From IMG/VR virus record IMGVR_UViG_3300020727_000014: 64,000 nt of DNA, one strand, 5' to 3'. Below the pieces are notes generated by a model, which did no database searches, was not told where the DNA came from, and worked only from the letters and a program-made list of their open reading frames with translations. This document shows positions 34,039 through 46,583 of the stretch, in pieces (position 1 is the first letter of the stretch; the number at the start of each line of letters is the position of its first letter). A program made the position numbers and the translations under genes. The DNA is from an uncultured virus (IMG/VR IMGVR_UViG_3300020727_000014) (lineage: Duplodnaviria > Heunggongvirae > Uroviricota > Caudoviricetes).

Positions 34039-37000
34039 TATTTTTTTTCCTCGATTAAATTTTTGTTAGTTTCTTCTACATATTGATCAAGTTTATTATT
34101 AACAATTTTTGTTAACTTGTTAACAATTTCACCAGATTTTGATATGGTATTATTAAATTGTTCACTTTTTACTACATTTTCTGCAAGATAACCGCCAACC
34201 ATTAAATATGAAGTTTTTTCTGTAGGTATAATAGTAGAAATACCGATAGATATAACAAATATAATCACATCAATCTTTAGAATTTTTTTAATAGTTTATC
34301 AAAAAAACCTAAAATAACTAAACAACATATACTTATAATTTCAAAAGCATGAGCTATTCTATTAATATTAGAGAAAACAGTAATTGCATAAATCAATAAA
34401 GCTAAGTTTATTTTAGATCATCCCCTAAAAAATCGTCATTAACATCACCTAAAAATTGGTCGATGTATTCTAATCCTTCTAACAAATCTTCTTCAGAAAT
34501 TTTAGGAAAAATTGTTTTCATTACGGAAAGATTAAATTGTTCTAATTGGTCAAATGTAAAATCTGAACAATCATCACTAACATGCCATAGTGATAATATT
34601 TGATTTTCTTTAGTTTCTCCAGAATTTGAATTCCAAAACGTGTACCAATTACTATTACTCCAGCGCGAATATGACACAATCATTCTCCATTAAATTTAAA
34701 CTCAAATATATTATACTATATCTTCAACTATTTCGTCAAGCATTATATTAATCATTTGGTGTCGTAGTTGGTTTAAAACATCGTTAGAGTAAATGAAAGG
34801 AATTTGTTGATAATTATCAGGACATCTTTCAACATTTCTTCTAATGCATTCTTGTTCGTAGGAATTTGCAAATTTTGGATTTAACCAGAAATTATAATGT
34901 TCGGTGGTATGATCAAATAATTCTATAAGGTAAACTTCTCTAGAATCGGTATCAAAATATATTTGGACATCAAATTCCGAATAATCTTGAAAATCTAAAA
35001 TATAACAATTTTTACCAAAACAACTCCAGCAAAATTTTGCACCACTAGAAATCCTATAATCAATTATTTCTAAAGCTTCTTGTACTTTCACGAAAATATC
35101 TCAATAATATATGTAATCAATGCGTTATATTGAACGAATAAATTATTATACCAATCTAAAATTGCGCTAAAAATTCTACAAAACATCATTTTTAATAATA
35201 ACATTACTATAACAAATAGTACAAATGTTTCTTCATCTTGATTCATTATGCGCATTTTTTATCGTAAATACGTTCGCCCATATAATATGTTTTTGTTGTA
35301 ATACAACCATCTTTAGTGACAAAAACTTCTGGTTGGTTTTTTGGAATTGAATTTGCAATTACTACAGCATAGGTATAAAACACACTACCAATTAATACAA
35401 CCATAACAAATAAACAAACCAATGAAATAGATTTTAACAAATTACTTCTCTCTTAAATGTTGATAAATCGCTATTAGAATAATCATAAAAATTTAGCGAA
35501 ATTGTAGAATACCCTTCATTAATTTTAACTTCGATAACTGGAGCAACATCATCAAAATATGCAGAAATTCTGTTGAAGTTCTTTTGATTTTTAGTTAATT
35601 TTTCAGCTTTCTTTTTAGAAGATCTAACATTTCCGAATTCCGGATTAACCCATGTTAGTTTATTTGGATCATTTGATAAATCAAGGATATTTCCAGTAGA
35701 ATCAACAACATAATCGCCATTAGGAGGACTCCAAGATTTCTTTTCTAACTCTACCAATTCTTCTTTTAAAGAAGATAAAAGAGTTGTTTTTTCTTTAATA
35801 AGTTCTTGTGTTTCTTGTATCTTTTTATTTAATTCTTCAAATTTTTCCATTAAAACTCCAAATATATTGGATGCGTTTCACCAGAACTATTGCTATTAAA
35901 ATCAACCCAAAGAGATTTTCTTGACATACAAAATCCAACTTCTAATTCTGAATAAATTTTTGGATCAAGAATTAATATGACATCATCATATAATTGTTGA
36001 AGAACTTCTTTTGTTAATTCTAAACCAAAATATCTTGTGATGATAATTGTTTCTATCTTATTTATTGTATCAATGTCATTCGTTATTGAATGGCTTGTTT
36101 CAATTTTCATTTTACAAAATAAAGAATACTTAATATAACAATTATAATAGCTTCAAGAAATGAAAATACTAGGCAAGCTATAATTCTGTCAGCTAATTGT
36201 CTAATTGTGTCAAATAATTCTTCTTTTGTATTTGTATAAACTGTATGCAATTCCCTATATTGCTGTTTTAGAGAATCTACTCTATTTTCATGATCTTCAC
36301 ATTTAACCCACTTTCCATCGTTAGATTGTTCCATTGGACCAAAATATCCAAAACCTTGTGTATACCGTTTAATCATTTTTATCTCCAAAATATTCTGTAA
36401 TTATTTTTCTACAAATATCTATGCCATGTTGTCTACCAACTCTATAATGCTCTGCCTTAGAATACATAGGATCTAAAACAAAATCTGATTCATGAACAGG
36501 TTTTTTTGCAATGTTATATTCGGTTTCTATTAACTCTAGACATTTGGAAATAATATCATCAGAATATTCTTTAATTTTTTCTGCTCTTGGACATGGAACA
36601 TATAATGTTTGTACTACAGAATCAAATTCTTCAAGAACGCCATGCCACAATGCCATATCTAAAAGATTTTCATTTATTTCTGATTTTTTCATACAACCAC
36701 ATTAAATTGTTTTAATTCATTTTCCAATCGATCATGGAAAGATTTTTCGCCATCGTCTCCAGATAATAACCAATCAATTCTTTGTGCATATACTTCTGCC
36801 AATCTTAAAATATCAACTGCCATTTTGAATTGATATATAGTTTCATCAGAATAATCTCTGCCTCGTTTATCGCCATACTCATCAATTTCTTCTGATTTAT
36901 TGTGGTAAATAAAATCTTCAATTGAATCTGCTATTTGACCAATTTTATATTGGTCATAATCAAATTGCCCGCCAGACATTATTTTTCCTCCAAATAGCAT

Positions 37001-40000
37001 TTGCGCATTATATAATAATGTTCAACAACAAGAACGATTATACCTGCCATTACAAATAAAATCAACCATTGGTCAACGAAACAAAACATAGAAACTACTA
37101 ATATAAATAACACAACATCAAGAATACCAACAAAAAACTTTTTCACAATTTTCTCCAAAAATTTAAAATATAAATTATTATACCTTAATCATATTAAAAT
37201 AACAAGCACTTTTTATCTATTTCTTAATCTATTTAACATTGCTTTATTGTCTTCTTCTTCTAGAAGAGAGTAAAGTATTTTTGTTGAAATTTCTATAAAT
37301 TCTTCCATCTCTGTTTCTGATAACAAAGTTACTTTTTGAATTGTATACAATTCGTGATACCGTTTAATTAAAACATCATGAACATTCATATTCTAAAACC
37401 CCATCGTTATAATTTTTTTTAGTTTCTGGTTCTGGATGTTTTGCAATTTTCCAGTTAGAAAATGCATCATCATGTAAATTTAAAGGTGTTATTGGATTCT
37501 TGCGAAGATAATCTATTTTCGCACAATAATCCTCGCAAGCTTTTCCGCGAATGAAATAATTTTTTTGCATAATGTCTCCTAGTTAAAGGAGTATATATTA
37601 ATCCCAATTATATTCTTTTTCAAAATAGGAAAACATTTCTTCTTCCGTGTATATTTCGTAGTTTCTTTCTGCATCTACTCCTCGTACAATAACAAAAGGA
37701 GTCATATCTTCATAGAGAAAATAATCAATATCATCAAGCAAAATTTTGTCTGTAAATAATGCTGACATCAAAGCATTAACTTCAACATAATACGATTCAA
37801 TATATTCGTTATCAAAAAATGCATCTCGAATAGAACTAGGAACAGATTTAATAAAGGTATCTCTATTTTCTTTTTCTCGCAATAGAGTTGAAAAAAGATC
37901 TTTAAATGTATCAAATTTCAAAATTTTGCTCCAAAAAATAAATCTGCTACAATTAATAACAAAGCAAAAATTATAGTTGCGGATATATATTGGATCTTTT
38001 CTAATCTTACTTTTAATTCGTTTATGTCATTCTGTAGAGCAATAATAAAACGATCTTTATCTAGAAAATTCATATTTAAATCCAATTTAAAATTGAAATT
38101 CCAACAATCAAAAATAAAACTGCTGATAATCCAGCAATAATATTTTGTTGCTTAGATAGCTGATCTTCGTATTCTGCTCTGATTTTATCATCGCTACAAC
38201 ACGATGATTCCCATTTACGCTCTGCTGATTTATTAGCATCCAGTAAAGCCAGAGAATAGGACTCAAACGTAACCCAATGCCCAAATTCGTTTAATTCCAT
38301 TTCTGGAATACCATTTTTACCATTCCACCGTTGTATTTTCATCTTTAATACCTTAATGTAATATCTTCAAAAAAATCTGCAGAAGAAATTTTTAATTTTT
38401 TGCAAGTAAATTCTTCTTTGGAATAATATTCTAGAAATAGGAGGAACTCGCGCATATGAGCTTCGTCTAATTTCACTTGTTGTGCTAATATAACATTATC
38501 TCGATGAAAAACCCAGCTAGGTAATTGTGGTGCTGATTCATCTAAAATAATATGTTTACTGATTTCTAATATCATTGTTATTTCCTATTACCATGAACTT
38601 CTATAACTAAATTCCCATATATAACCTTCACCTGATTGATTTATTAAATACATTAATCTATCTCTGGTTCTTTTTAATGAGTCGATAAAATAGTCATCAA
38701 TTTCTGTAGAACCAAAAAAGAATCCACTAGTTGGGGGTAATAATTCAGGAATTTTTTTTGGTTTCTTAATACATGTTTTTATAACCTTTAAAAGTTCCTG
38801 TAACTTTTCTATAGGAACATCGTATTCTCTACAATCATCTATACCGTATTGAACATTTTTCACAAACCAATTATGTATCGCGTTCGCCTTTCTCCAATAC
38901 ATTGCCTCAGTAACTATATATTGAAGATTCCCCATCCCATCCCGAATATCTTTTGTTATTTCTTGAAGTTGTTTACTTACTTCTTTTGTATCTTCACTAT
39001 ATTCCGAAACATATCGTTTCGCATGTAAATATGAATCTAAACCCATCACACACCTCCCATAATCTATCCTAAAAAAACAAAATGATTACATCTTCCAGCA
39101 AAAATTTGATAAAGTTTATATTTGTCATTATCTGTAATATAAGATGCATTATCTACCCATATAATATCAAAATCTGATCTTCCTCTAAGTTTAAGATCAT
39201 CAGGACGTATATCTCCAATACTAAAAGCTGTTGGTGTTCTATAGGAAGGATTAAAAAAATTTAATTTTGATTGTAAATCTCTAGCCAGATTTGACTTAGT
39301 TGATATTACAATATCATTCTTACCAGCATTTCTAGCAATCAACATTGTTTTACCACACTGTCTTCCTGGATTATATTCTACAGTTTGATACTCACACGAA
39401 AAGTGTATTTCTGATAAGTAACTTTTAGCAGAAACCATTCGTTCTTGGGTTAGTATATTAAGTTTAATCATACTTGAAACAATATCATGTAACATATTAG
39501 GTATTTCGTTTCTCATTATATTTCCTTTTTATAAATTACAAACGTATTCAGTTATTGTGTGTTGTTTTCTTCCTTGCCCTTTAATTTCTTCTCTAAACTC
39601 GCCTGTTGATAATGAACCCAAGTTAGATAAACTTAGTTCTAATTGTTTAGAATGGAAACAAGCATTTTGATAATTTTTAGTTTCTATATCATATTCAAAT
39701 TGGTCATTAGTTCTATAAATTGATCTAATTTCAAGTTCTGCCATTGAGTCTGCATATACAGAGTTAACAAATAATAATATCATAACAAATAATAGTTTAT
39801 TCACAATAAATTCCTCTAAATTTTAATTTTTTCCATTCTATATAAATTAATTTCTGCTAATATTTTGTTAGTTTCTGCAATAGAAGTATATGAACCATGA
39901 TCCCATTCTAAATCATATTCGTAAATCTGATTCCTTGATGTTTTATCTTTTGAATCGAGTGCAATCAAACGATTGGGTTCATCAACAATAAAGTCAAATT

Positions 40001-40577
40001 CATTAGGATAATAGTCTTCGTTATTATCCCATTTGATCATGTATTTGCCAGTATCATAATGGGCTTTTACTTTCTTTGCCCATTTCAATACATTGTTCCA
40101 TCTAGCTTCGTATACGTTCATCTAATATCTCACAAATCTTGCAAAAACTTATAGAATTCATCAGCAAGTGCCTGTTCACCTTTCCACTCTAAAAAGTCAT
40201 GAATACAACTACCAGTCATATAGTTTTGAGGACCATACCATTCATCCGCGTCTGGATTAACAGTTTTTATGAATTTCTTCAAATCGTTTAAATTGATTGT
40301 TGTATTCATTTTATCTCCACGTTTAAATATCTTGTTCAATAGAGGGTTACAGAACATATTCTCTACCATCCTTACACAAATATGTAGTTTTTGCAGGAAT
40401 TTCTGTGAAACTTCCACCAAGGTTTGGGTTATATATTAATATTGATTCGGTTTTATCGATTACTGCACATTCATTATCTAATATAAACCTTTCTTTGTCT
40501 TTGATTTGAAGCCATGCCCCATACACGATTCCCAACATGATAATAGCAGCAGTTGCCCAAAAATATTTCTCTTTCAT
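34038..40577 (-). other. cluster of ~20 small hypothetical early genes
   Basis: Densely packed 60-155-aa minus-strand ORFs; 39064-39516 has a P-loop-like GRQCGKT; no confident functions. Confidence 0.6.
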
Positions 40578-40647
40578 TTTAAATCTCTTTCAATTAAGTA
40601 TAAGTTATTATAACTATTATAGGAATATATGTCAAGCACTTTTAAAT

Positions 40648-40672
40648 GAAAAATGGGAGCCGAAGCTCCCAT
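40648..40672 (-). terminator. intrinsic terminator of the tmRNA transcript (cUUCGg loop)
   Basis: Minus strand ATGGGAGC-TTCG-GCTCCCAT followed by TTTT. Confidence 0.85.
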
Positions 40673-40973
40673 CTATAACTTGTTCTGTTGCCAAGTAAGT
40701 CAAACTCCGACAGTCTCTGTTTTTACGCAGCTAAAGTCAAATTGAAGTATTCGTCATTTGCAGATACTTAGTTTATGCCGATTAGGTCGGTCATCTTACC
40801 TGTTGCCTTCTCCACTATTTCACCCTGTCGAAACCTGTCATCCCCATCAGAAACACAATAAGCCTCCGGACTCAAACCAGCTTGGTTTAAAGGATGTGCC
40901 TCACTCATTGTGTTTTTGGTGGAGATGTCGACATATGATAGTCGAGTCCAGAATGCCTTCGCTTTAAAGGAAT
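40673..40973 (-). ncRNA. ssrA: tmRNA, circularly permuted two-piece form
   Basis: Acceptor piece ends GGAC-TCGAC-loop-GTCGA-CATCTCC-ACCA at 40917; intervening hairpin 40846-40916; coding piece starts GGGGATGACAGGTTTCGAC at 40845; tag ANDEYFNLTLAA* at 40761-40723; G3-U pair in acceptor stem. Confidence 0.93.
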
Positions 40974-41066
40974 TACAACAATAAAATGTATACTGTTACA
41001 TTAACTAGGATTGCGTCGCAAGAGTTACCGCCAGTCAGGGTGCTCAATACACATTTTATTGTTGTA
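40974..41066 (-). ncRNA. structured RNA element abutting tmRNA (22-bp stem with branched head)
   Basis: TACAACAATAAAATGTGTATTG pairs fully with CAGTATACATTTTATTGTTGTA only on the minus strand (G-U pairs). Confidence 0.55.
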
Positions 41067-41097
41067 AACGTATTACTCAATGTGAAATTTAAAAATG

Positions 41098-41105
41098 TAT
41101 AAATA
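41098..41105 (+). promoter_or_regulatory. T4-type late promoter followed by a leader hairpin (GTAGTT...AACTAC) for the homing endonuclease
   Basis: TATAAATA then stem-loop ~41110-41139. Confidence 0.6.
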
Positions 41106-41173
41106 AGTTGTAGTTCACGAGATTGCAGTCTCCAACTACTCTAATCATTCTACTATTAATTACAGGAATCAAT

Positions 41174-41992
41174 ATGACCAGCATAGATATTTATACCCCA
41201 ATTGCCCCTACATATCTCTATATCAAACAACACTCAGTTACTGGTCTAAAATACTTAGGCAAAACAACTAGAGATCCATATAAGTATAAGGGGTCAGGTT
41301 CATATTGGTCAAATCATATTAAAAAACATGGTAAAGAGCATATAGTCACCTTATGGGTATCTGAGTTATATTATGATACATCTATTGTTTACTATGCCTT
41401 GCAACTATCAAAAGAATATAATATAGTTGAATCATCTGAATGGGCAAATTTAATACCTGAAGACGGTTTATATGGTGGATCAGTAAAAGGGAGAGTATCA
41501 CCCAATAAAGGTAAAAATTTTTCTGAAGAAACTAAACAAAAAATGTCTGATTCTAAAAAAGGTAAACCTCGCACTGATGAAACTAAACAAAAAATATCAA
41601 AATCAAATAAAGGTAAAAAATGTTCTGATGAAACTAAACAAAAAATATCAAATGCTAAAAAAGGAAGATCCTCGGGTAGAATTTGTTCTGATGAAACTAA
41701 ACAAAAAATATCAAATGCTAAAAAGGGAATACCTTCAAATAATATTTATTCTGATGAAACTAAACAAAAAATGTCAGATGCGCAAAAGGGAAGAGTTCAC
41801 TCTAGCGAAACTAAACAAAAAATGTCAGAATCCAGAAAAGGTAGAATAATTTCCAATGAAACTAGAAAAAAATTATCCGAAACTAATAAAAATAAACCCA
41901 AATCAAAAACTATATGTCCTCATTGCAGTAAAATAGGTAGTATTAGTAATATGATTCGGTGGCATTTTGATAATTGCAAACTTAAAATATAA
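41174..41992 (+). CDS. free-standing homing endonuclease, GIY-YIG-like with NUMOD3 repeats
   Basis: YLYIK.H..TGLKYLGKT...Y.GSG..W N-terminus; ~7 (S)xETKQK(M/I)S..KKG repeats; C-terminal CPHC; AGGA RBS before ATG 41174. Confidence 0.85.
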   Translation: MTSIDIYTPIAPTYLYIKQHSVTGLKYLGKTTRDPYKYKGSGSYWSNHIKKHGKEHIVTLWVSELYYDTSIVYYALQLSKEYNIVESSEWANLIPEDGLYGGSVKGRVSPNKGKNFSEETKQKMSDSKKGKPRTDETKQKISKSNKGKKCSDETKQKISNAKKGRSSGRICSDETKQKISNAKKGIPSNNIYSDETKQKMSDAQKGRVHSSETKQKMSESRKGRIISNETRKKLSETNKNKPKSKTICPHCSKIGSISNMIRWHFDNCKLKI

Positions 41993-42004
41993 ATAATATT
42001 TAAA

Positions 42005-42098
42005 AATACATTTAGCGGTAAGAGTGAGTCGTACCAAACCACCAATCAATTCAACATTTCTGTGTAATTCTCTCACTGCCCTTTCGGGTAAATGTATT
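42005..42098 (-). ncRNA. candidate small structured RNA
   Basis: Closing stem AATACATTTA/TAAATGTATT, CCC-GAAA-GGG hairpin, AGTGAG/CTCACT helix. Confidence 0.45.
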
Positions 42099-42106
42099 AA
42101 TTCTAT

Positions 42107-42376
42107 TTAGTATTCATCAACGGAATGCCCAACCAATTTATCTAATTTAAATTGAATTTGTTCAGCATTTTTCTCCGCTGTTACAGCCCAATAATTTGCT
42201 GCAGAAGCTCTTGTAGCAGCATCTAAGGCAGTTAATTTAGCTTCTAATGCAGTAGTTTGGAGAGCCACCACAGGAGTTTTTAATTCATCAACTTGACTTT
42301 GTAATGATGCTACATCTTTAGTTGATGCACAAGCTGTTAAATAAATTAAAAATACTGCTAATACTAATTTTTTCAT
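42107..42376 (-). CDS. Lpp/OprI-like alanine-zipper lipoprotein
   Basis: Lipobox LTAC, Ala-rich coiled coil ending KLD.L. Confidence 0.6.
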   Translation of the reverse strand: MKKLVLAVFLIYLTACASTKDVASLQSQVDELKTPVVALQTTALEAKLTALDAATRASAANYWAVTAEKNAEQIQFKLDKLVGHSVDEY

Positions 42377-43982
42377 TTATGATTTCCTATATTAAAAACT
42401 TTATTTATTCAAAAATTTTATCCGCACAGTAATCTAGTATCATTTACAGATACGTTATGTTCTAATGCTTTTGTAGTGCATTCCAATTTACTATGCTCTT
42501 CATAGACAATTGCTCCAATAAAAATACCTACAATAATAACCATAAAAATCCCACCAATCAAAGTATCTTTATCCATGTTTACTCACAGTAAAAGTTAATT
42601 TCAATATCAGGATTCATGTGTTTCAAATCCTGCGTTATTTTAGCACCAAGTGCCTGACACAAAGGTACTTTTAGATTCGGCACAATAATAGAATCTACGT
42701 TATGATTATACAGCGACTTCAGACTATAGATCAATACTAATGTTACCATTTTATCCATCCCTTTGGTTTTTCTGGTTTAACCATCTGATTAACATATTCG
42801 ATACCATTCATACCATCAACAGTAATTGTCACCTTGGCATAATGTAGATCCATATCATGATCAGGGTGGAATTTATCTTTATGATATTCAGGATCATGAA
42901 ATATATCCCAAAGTTCTTGAAACTCTTCTTTAGTCAAATCAATAGAGTTCAATAACATCCATTCTTTCTGCGCCAGAGTATTTAACTCGGCGAGTAATGG
43001 TGAATCAAATACTTTTTTATATATCGGAGTCATGTTAACTCTCCAATATAGATTTAAGGTCAGAGATTATTTGTGTATCAGATACAACAAATAGGTTTAC
43101 ATTATCCAAATAGAACCTAATATCAGAAATGATTGCTAGTAACTGTACATTCAATAATATTGATTGTTCATGGTTAAGATCAACATTAACCTCATCTCTT
43201 GTCAAAGAGTTAAGATCATCGTCTAATAAAAACTTATTAATTATTTCATTCATTTTAAGTCAGCCACACTTTCGTAAAAACAATTCATTAAAAAATGGTA
43301 TAAGTCTAACGGATTATCTTCGGTAAACTCATTTTCTACTGATTCTCTAATTAGCATATAGAGTTCAATAATGTGTAAATGATGCCAAGGTCCTTGTTTT
43401 ACTTGCTTTTTGAATATTCGTTTTAAGAACCACCTTTCAAATCTATTCATTATTTAATCCTCAAAATGGAATACAATCTGGGTCACCACAAAGATAAGGT
43501 TGATACCCACCAACATATTGTACATTTTCTTGTGTTTTACATACACTACATCTTGGTTTATTCCATTCCTGATATGCCTCTTCAAATAATTCAGGTTCGG
43601 CAATTACAGACCAATGACCAGAACAATCCGAACTATAGGATAATTCTTCCCATACTACATCAGTAAATCTTCTAAACTTTGATGATTTAAACTCTGGATC
43701 ATCAAATTCAATTTCTTCATATACTCGTTTTCCAACGCTTGATATTTTCATTATTCAATTCCAAAATAGTCTTTAACCCTAAGATCAATAGTATCCGCTA
43801 AGTAATCATCCAAAGCATACTGTACTTCATCACGAACTACTTCTAATGTTTCCTTAATAATCAACTCAGCAAACTCCTGTAGGACTGGGCCAAGTGATTC
43901 AAGAGGTGTCTTGTTGGCCGCGATATTTTTTCGTGCTTGCATATAAATTTTTGCAACTAACTCGTTCATTCTTCAACTCCAA

Positions 43983-44576
43983 TCAATTAAATTCAATCCA
44001 ACCAGTCATAATATACTTAGATCCAGATAAAGGAGGATTCCCTCTATGTGTCCAAGGATAATTTGGCGGAAATATAAGCAATTTTCCCATTTTAGGTTTA
44101 ATTCTTTTAGAAAGATATAAAAATTCTGTTTCACCACCATCCTCAATATCATTTAAATATAAAAGATATACACCTATTCTATTAGAAGCGATCCTGCTTG
44201 TATCTTCACAATGCCAAGAATGATACCCTTGAGTTGGTTCTGTTTTTTGTATTTTATATTCAAAAATTGTACGATTACCATACGATGACAAAGTGCTATA
44301 TTTTTTTGAATAATCTTTGTAGCAAAAATTCCAAAATGTATTATTAAATTCTTTTAAAGAATCTCCAAGATAATCAATTGAAAATGCAATTTCTTTTGTT
44401 GATTGTTCTGTTAAATAAATTGCTGAATCTGATCTTAGAGATTCTTCATTATTTCTATAAAATACCCTATTATTATCTGAACACCATTTAAATGTATTGA
44501 TTAAATTTTTACAAAATTGTTCTGAGAAAAAATTATCATATATTCCAATAAAATTATCATATTCTACATTTTGCAT
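43983..44576 (-). CDS. 2OG-Fe(II) oxygenase
   Basis: KIQK...GYHSWHCE...LYLND...GGET.F...IFP...HRG.PP....KYI.TGW. Confidence 0.85.
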   Translation of the reverse strand: MQNVEYDNFIGIYDNFFSEQFCKNLINTFKWCSDNNRVFYRNNEESLRSDSAIYLTEQSTKEIAFSIDYLGDSLKEFNNTFWNFCYKDYSKKYSTLSSYGNRTIFEYKIQKTEPTQGYHSWHCEDTSRIASNRIGVYLLYLNDIEDGGETEFLYLSKRIKPKMGKLLIFPPNYPWTHRGNPPLSGSKYIMTGWIEFN

Positions 44577-44954
44577 TAGTTAATTCCCTTGTCAATTCAT
44601 CAATTTTTTCTTGTAAACCATATTCACGGTCTAAAAGTATCTCAATTTCTTCTTCTAATTCTTCAATTGAACACGCATAATTATATTTGCAATCATTAAG
44701 ATCTTTTATATCATCTAACAATTCATAAATTTTGTTTACCAATTGTTCAGGAAAATCTCCAAAATGAAGCATTTCTTCTAAACTAAAATTGCTTGGAAAT
44801 TGTTCCATGTCATTTCTCTCAATTAATTAAGTATAAGCTATTATAACCGATTAAGATTTAAAGATCAAGCACTTTTTTTATAAATTATTTCATAATTTTT
44901 ATATCTTTTCGGCAATTCATCCCTATACCTTTAGGTTTAGGGATGAATTGCCGT

Positions 44955-45341
44955 TCAATTTCCTTGGTTTTCAATATAATTTTTGATTGTTTCTTCTGAC
45001 GCATTTCCAATACTACAACAAAAATATCCTGATGACCATAAAATATTATTATACCAATAATCTCGTCTTAAGTCAACCCCAAATTTTTGCCAAACATGAT
45101 ATGTTGAATATTGTTTAATAATTTTTACAATCAACGATATTGATTGCATAGGTTTGATCTTGAGTAATATATGTATATGGTTTTTTTCATCGCCATTGAT
45201 TGCTATTATTTCACAATGAATTTTCTTCAATTCTTGTTCTATTATTGAAATTGTATATTCCATTATATCAGGTCTAAGAATTGGTTTTCTATATTTTGTT
45301 ACTATTATCAAATGATAATTTAAATCTGTTTTGTTTGTCAT
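44955..45341 (-). CDS. tnpA: IS200-type HUH (Y1) transposase TnpA
   Basis: YHL...TKYR...HIHIL...W..GYF..SIG......I..YI.NQ. Confidence 0.93.
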   Translation of the reverse strand: MTNKTDLNYHLIIVTKYRKPILRPDIMEYTISIIEQELKKIHCEIIAINGDEKNHIHILLKIKPMQSISLIVKIIKQYSTYHVWQKFGVDLRRDYWYNNILWSSGYFCCSIGNASEETIKNYIENQGN

Positions 45342-45396
45342 AGCGAAAATTTGATTTTACTAAATAATAGTATATATAATAACTTTTAGTAAAACA

Positions 45397-46581
45397 ATGT
45401 TTATTAGACAAAATTACAGAATTTATCCAAATAAAGAGCAATCAGCTACACTTAACCAATGGTTAGGTCAAGCCAGATTTATCTGGAATTACATGTTGTC
45501 TAAAAATATTGAATCGTATAATGATACAAAAAATTTCATATTTAAATATAATATGAATAATATGTTACCAGAACTAAAAGATTCTGTTGATTATAATTGG
45601 TTAAAAGAAATTCCTTCGCAATGTTTACAACAAAAATGTCAAGATTTAGATACAGCTTTAAAATCATCATTTAAAAGTAAAACAAATAGAAAAGGTTTTC
45701 CGAAATTTAAATCAAAAAAGATTGATGAATCGGGTATAAGATTCCCTTCATTTAAATTTGAAGGTAATCGTATAGTTTTACCTAAAATGAAATCTGGTAT
45801 AAAAATCAAACTCCATAGAGAATTATTAGGCAAAAAAGGTTCTTTAACATTATCTAAAGATAAAATTGGTAATTATTTCGTTTCAATTTTGGTAGAAATT
45901 TCTGATGATTATTTTTCAAAACCTATAACAGAAATAAAATCTGCTATTGGTATAGATGTTGGTTTAAAAGAATTTGCAATAACATCTGATGCAGAAATAA
46001 TCAATAACCCAAAATTTTACCGTAAAGCTGAAAAGAAAATAAAAAAATCTCAAAAATCATTATCAAGAAAAAATAAAGGATCTTCTAATAGAGAAAAATC
46101 CAGAAAAAAATTAGCAAAAATACATTTAAAAGTAAAAAACCAAAGAAAAGATTTTAGCAAACAAAACGCATATTCGATAGTCAAGAATAACGATTTGATT
46201 GCTGTTGAAACATTAAATATCCAAGGAATGATTAAAAATCATAAACTTGCTAAATCCATTGCTGATGTGAGTTGGTATCAATTTCATCAAGATTTACAAT
46301 GGCAGTGTAAAAAGCAAGGTAAAGAATTTGTAAAAATCAATCAATGGATACCTTCAAGTAAAAAATGTTCTTGTTGTGGTAACATAAAATCAGACTTAAC
46401 ATTATCCGATAGAATATATGAATGTTCTTGTGGATTAAAATTAGATCGAGATTTAAATGCTTCAATTAACATTTTAAATGAAGGGTTAAAATTTTACAAT
46501 ACCGTAGGAACTACGGAAATTAACGCTTGTGGAAATATGATTCAAGGTATTGAATCAGCCCAAGAAGCCATAATCCTTTAG
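45397..46581 (+). CDS. tnpB: RNA-guided endonuclease TnpB
   Basis: YRIYP..EQ...G.ARF.WN; RuvC GIDVG, VETL, DRDLNAS.NI; Zn finger CSCCG...CSCG. Confidence 0.93.
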   Translation: MFIRQNYRIYPNKEQSATLNQWLGQARFIWNYMLSKNIESYNDTKNFIFKYNMNNMLPELKDSVDYNWLKEIPSQCLQQKCQDLDTALKSSFKSKTNRKGFPKFKSKKIDESGIRFPSFKFEGNRIVLPKMKSGIKIKLHRELLGKKGSLTLSKDKIGNYFVSILVEISDDYFSKPITEIKSAIGIDVGLKEFAITSDAEIINNPKFYRKAEKKIKKSQKSLSRKNKGSSNREKSRKKLAKIHLKVKNQRKDFSKQNAYSIVKNNDLIAVETLNIQGMIKNHKLAKSIADVSWYQFHQDLQWQCKKQGKEFVKINQWIPSSKKCSCCGNIKSDLTLSDRIYECSCGLKLDRDLNASINILNEGLKFYNTVGTTEINACGNMIQGIESAQEAIIL

Positions 46582-46583
46582 GG

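Noticed and set aside
40758..40967. 69-aa plus-strand ORF
   Set aside because: Antisense to the tmRNA
41174..41992. Endonuclease as part of a group I intron
   Set aside because: No interrupted host gene and no recognisable group I core; it has its own promoter
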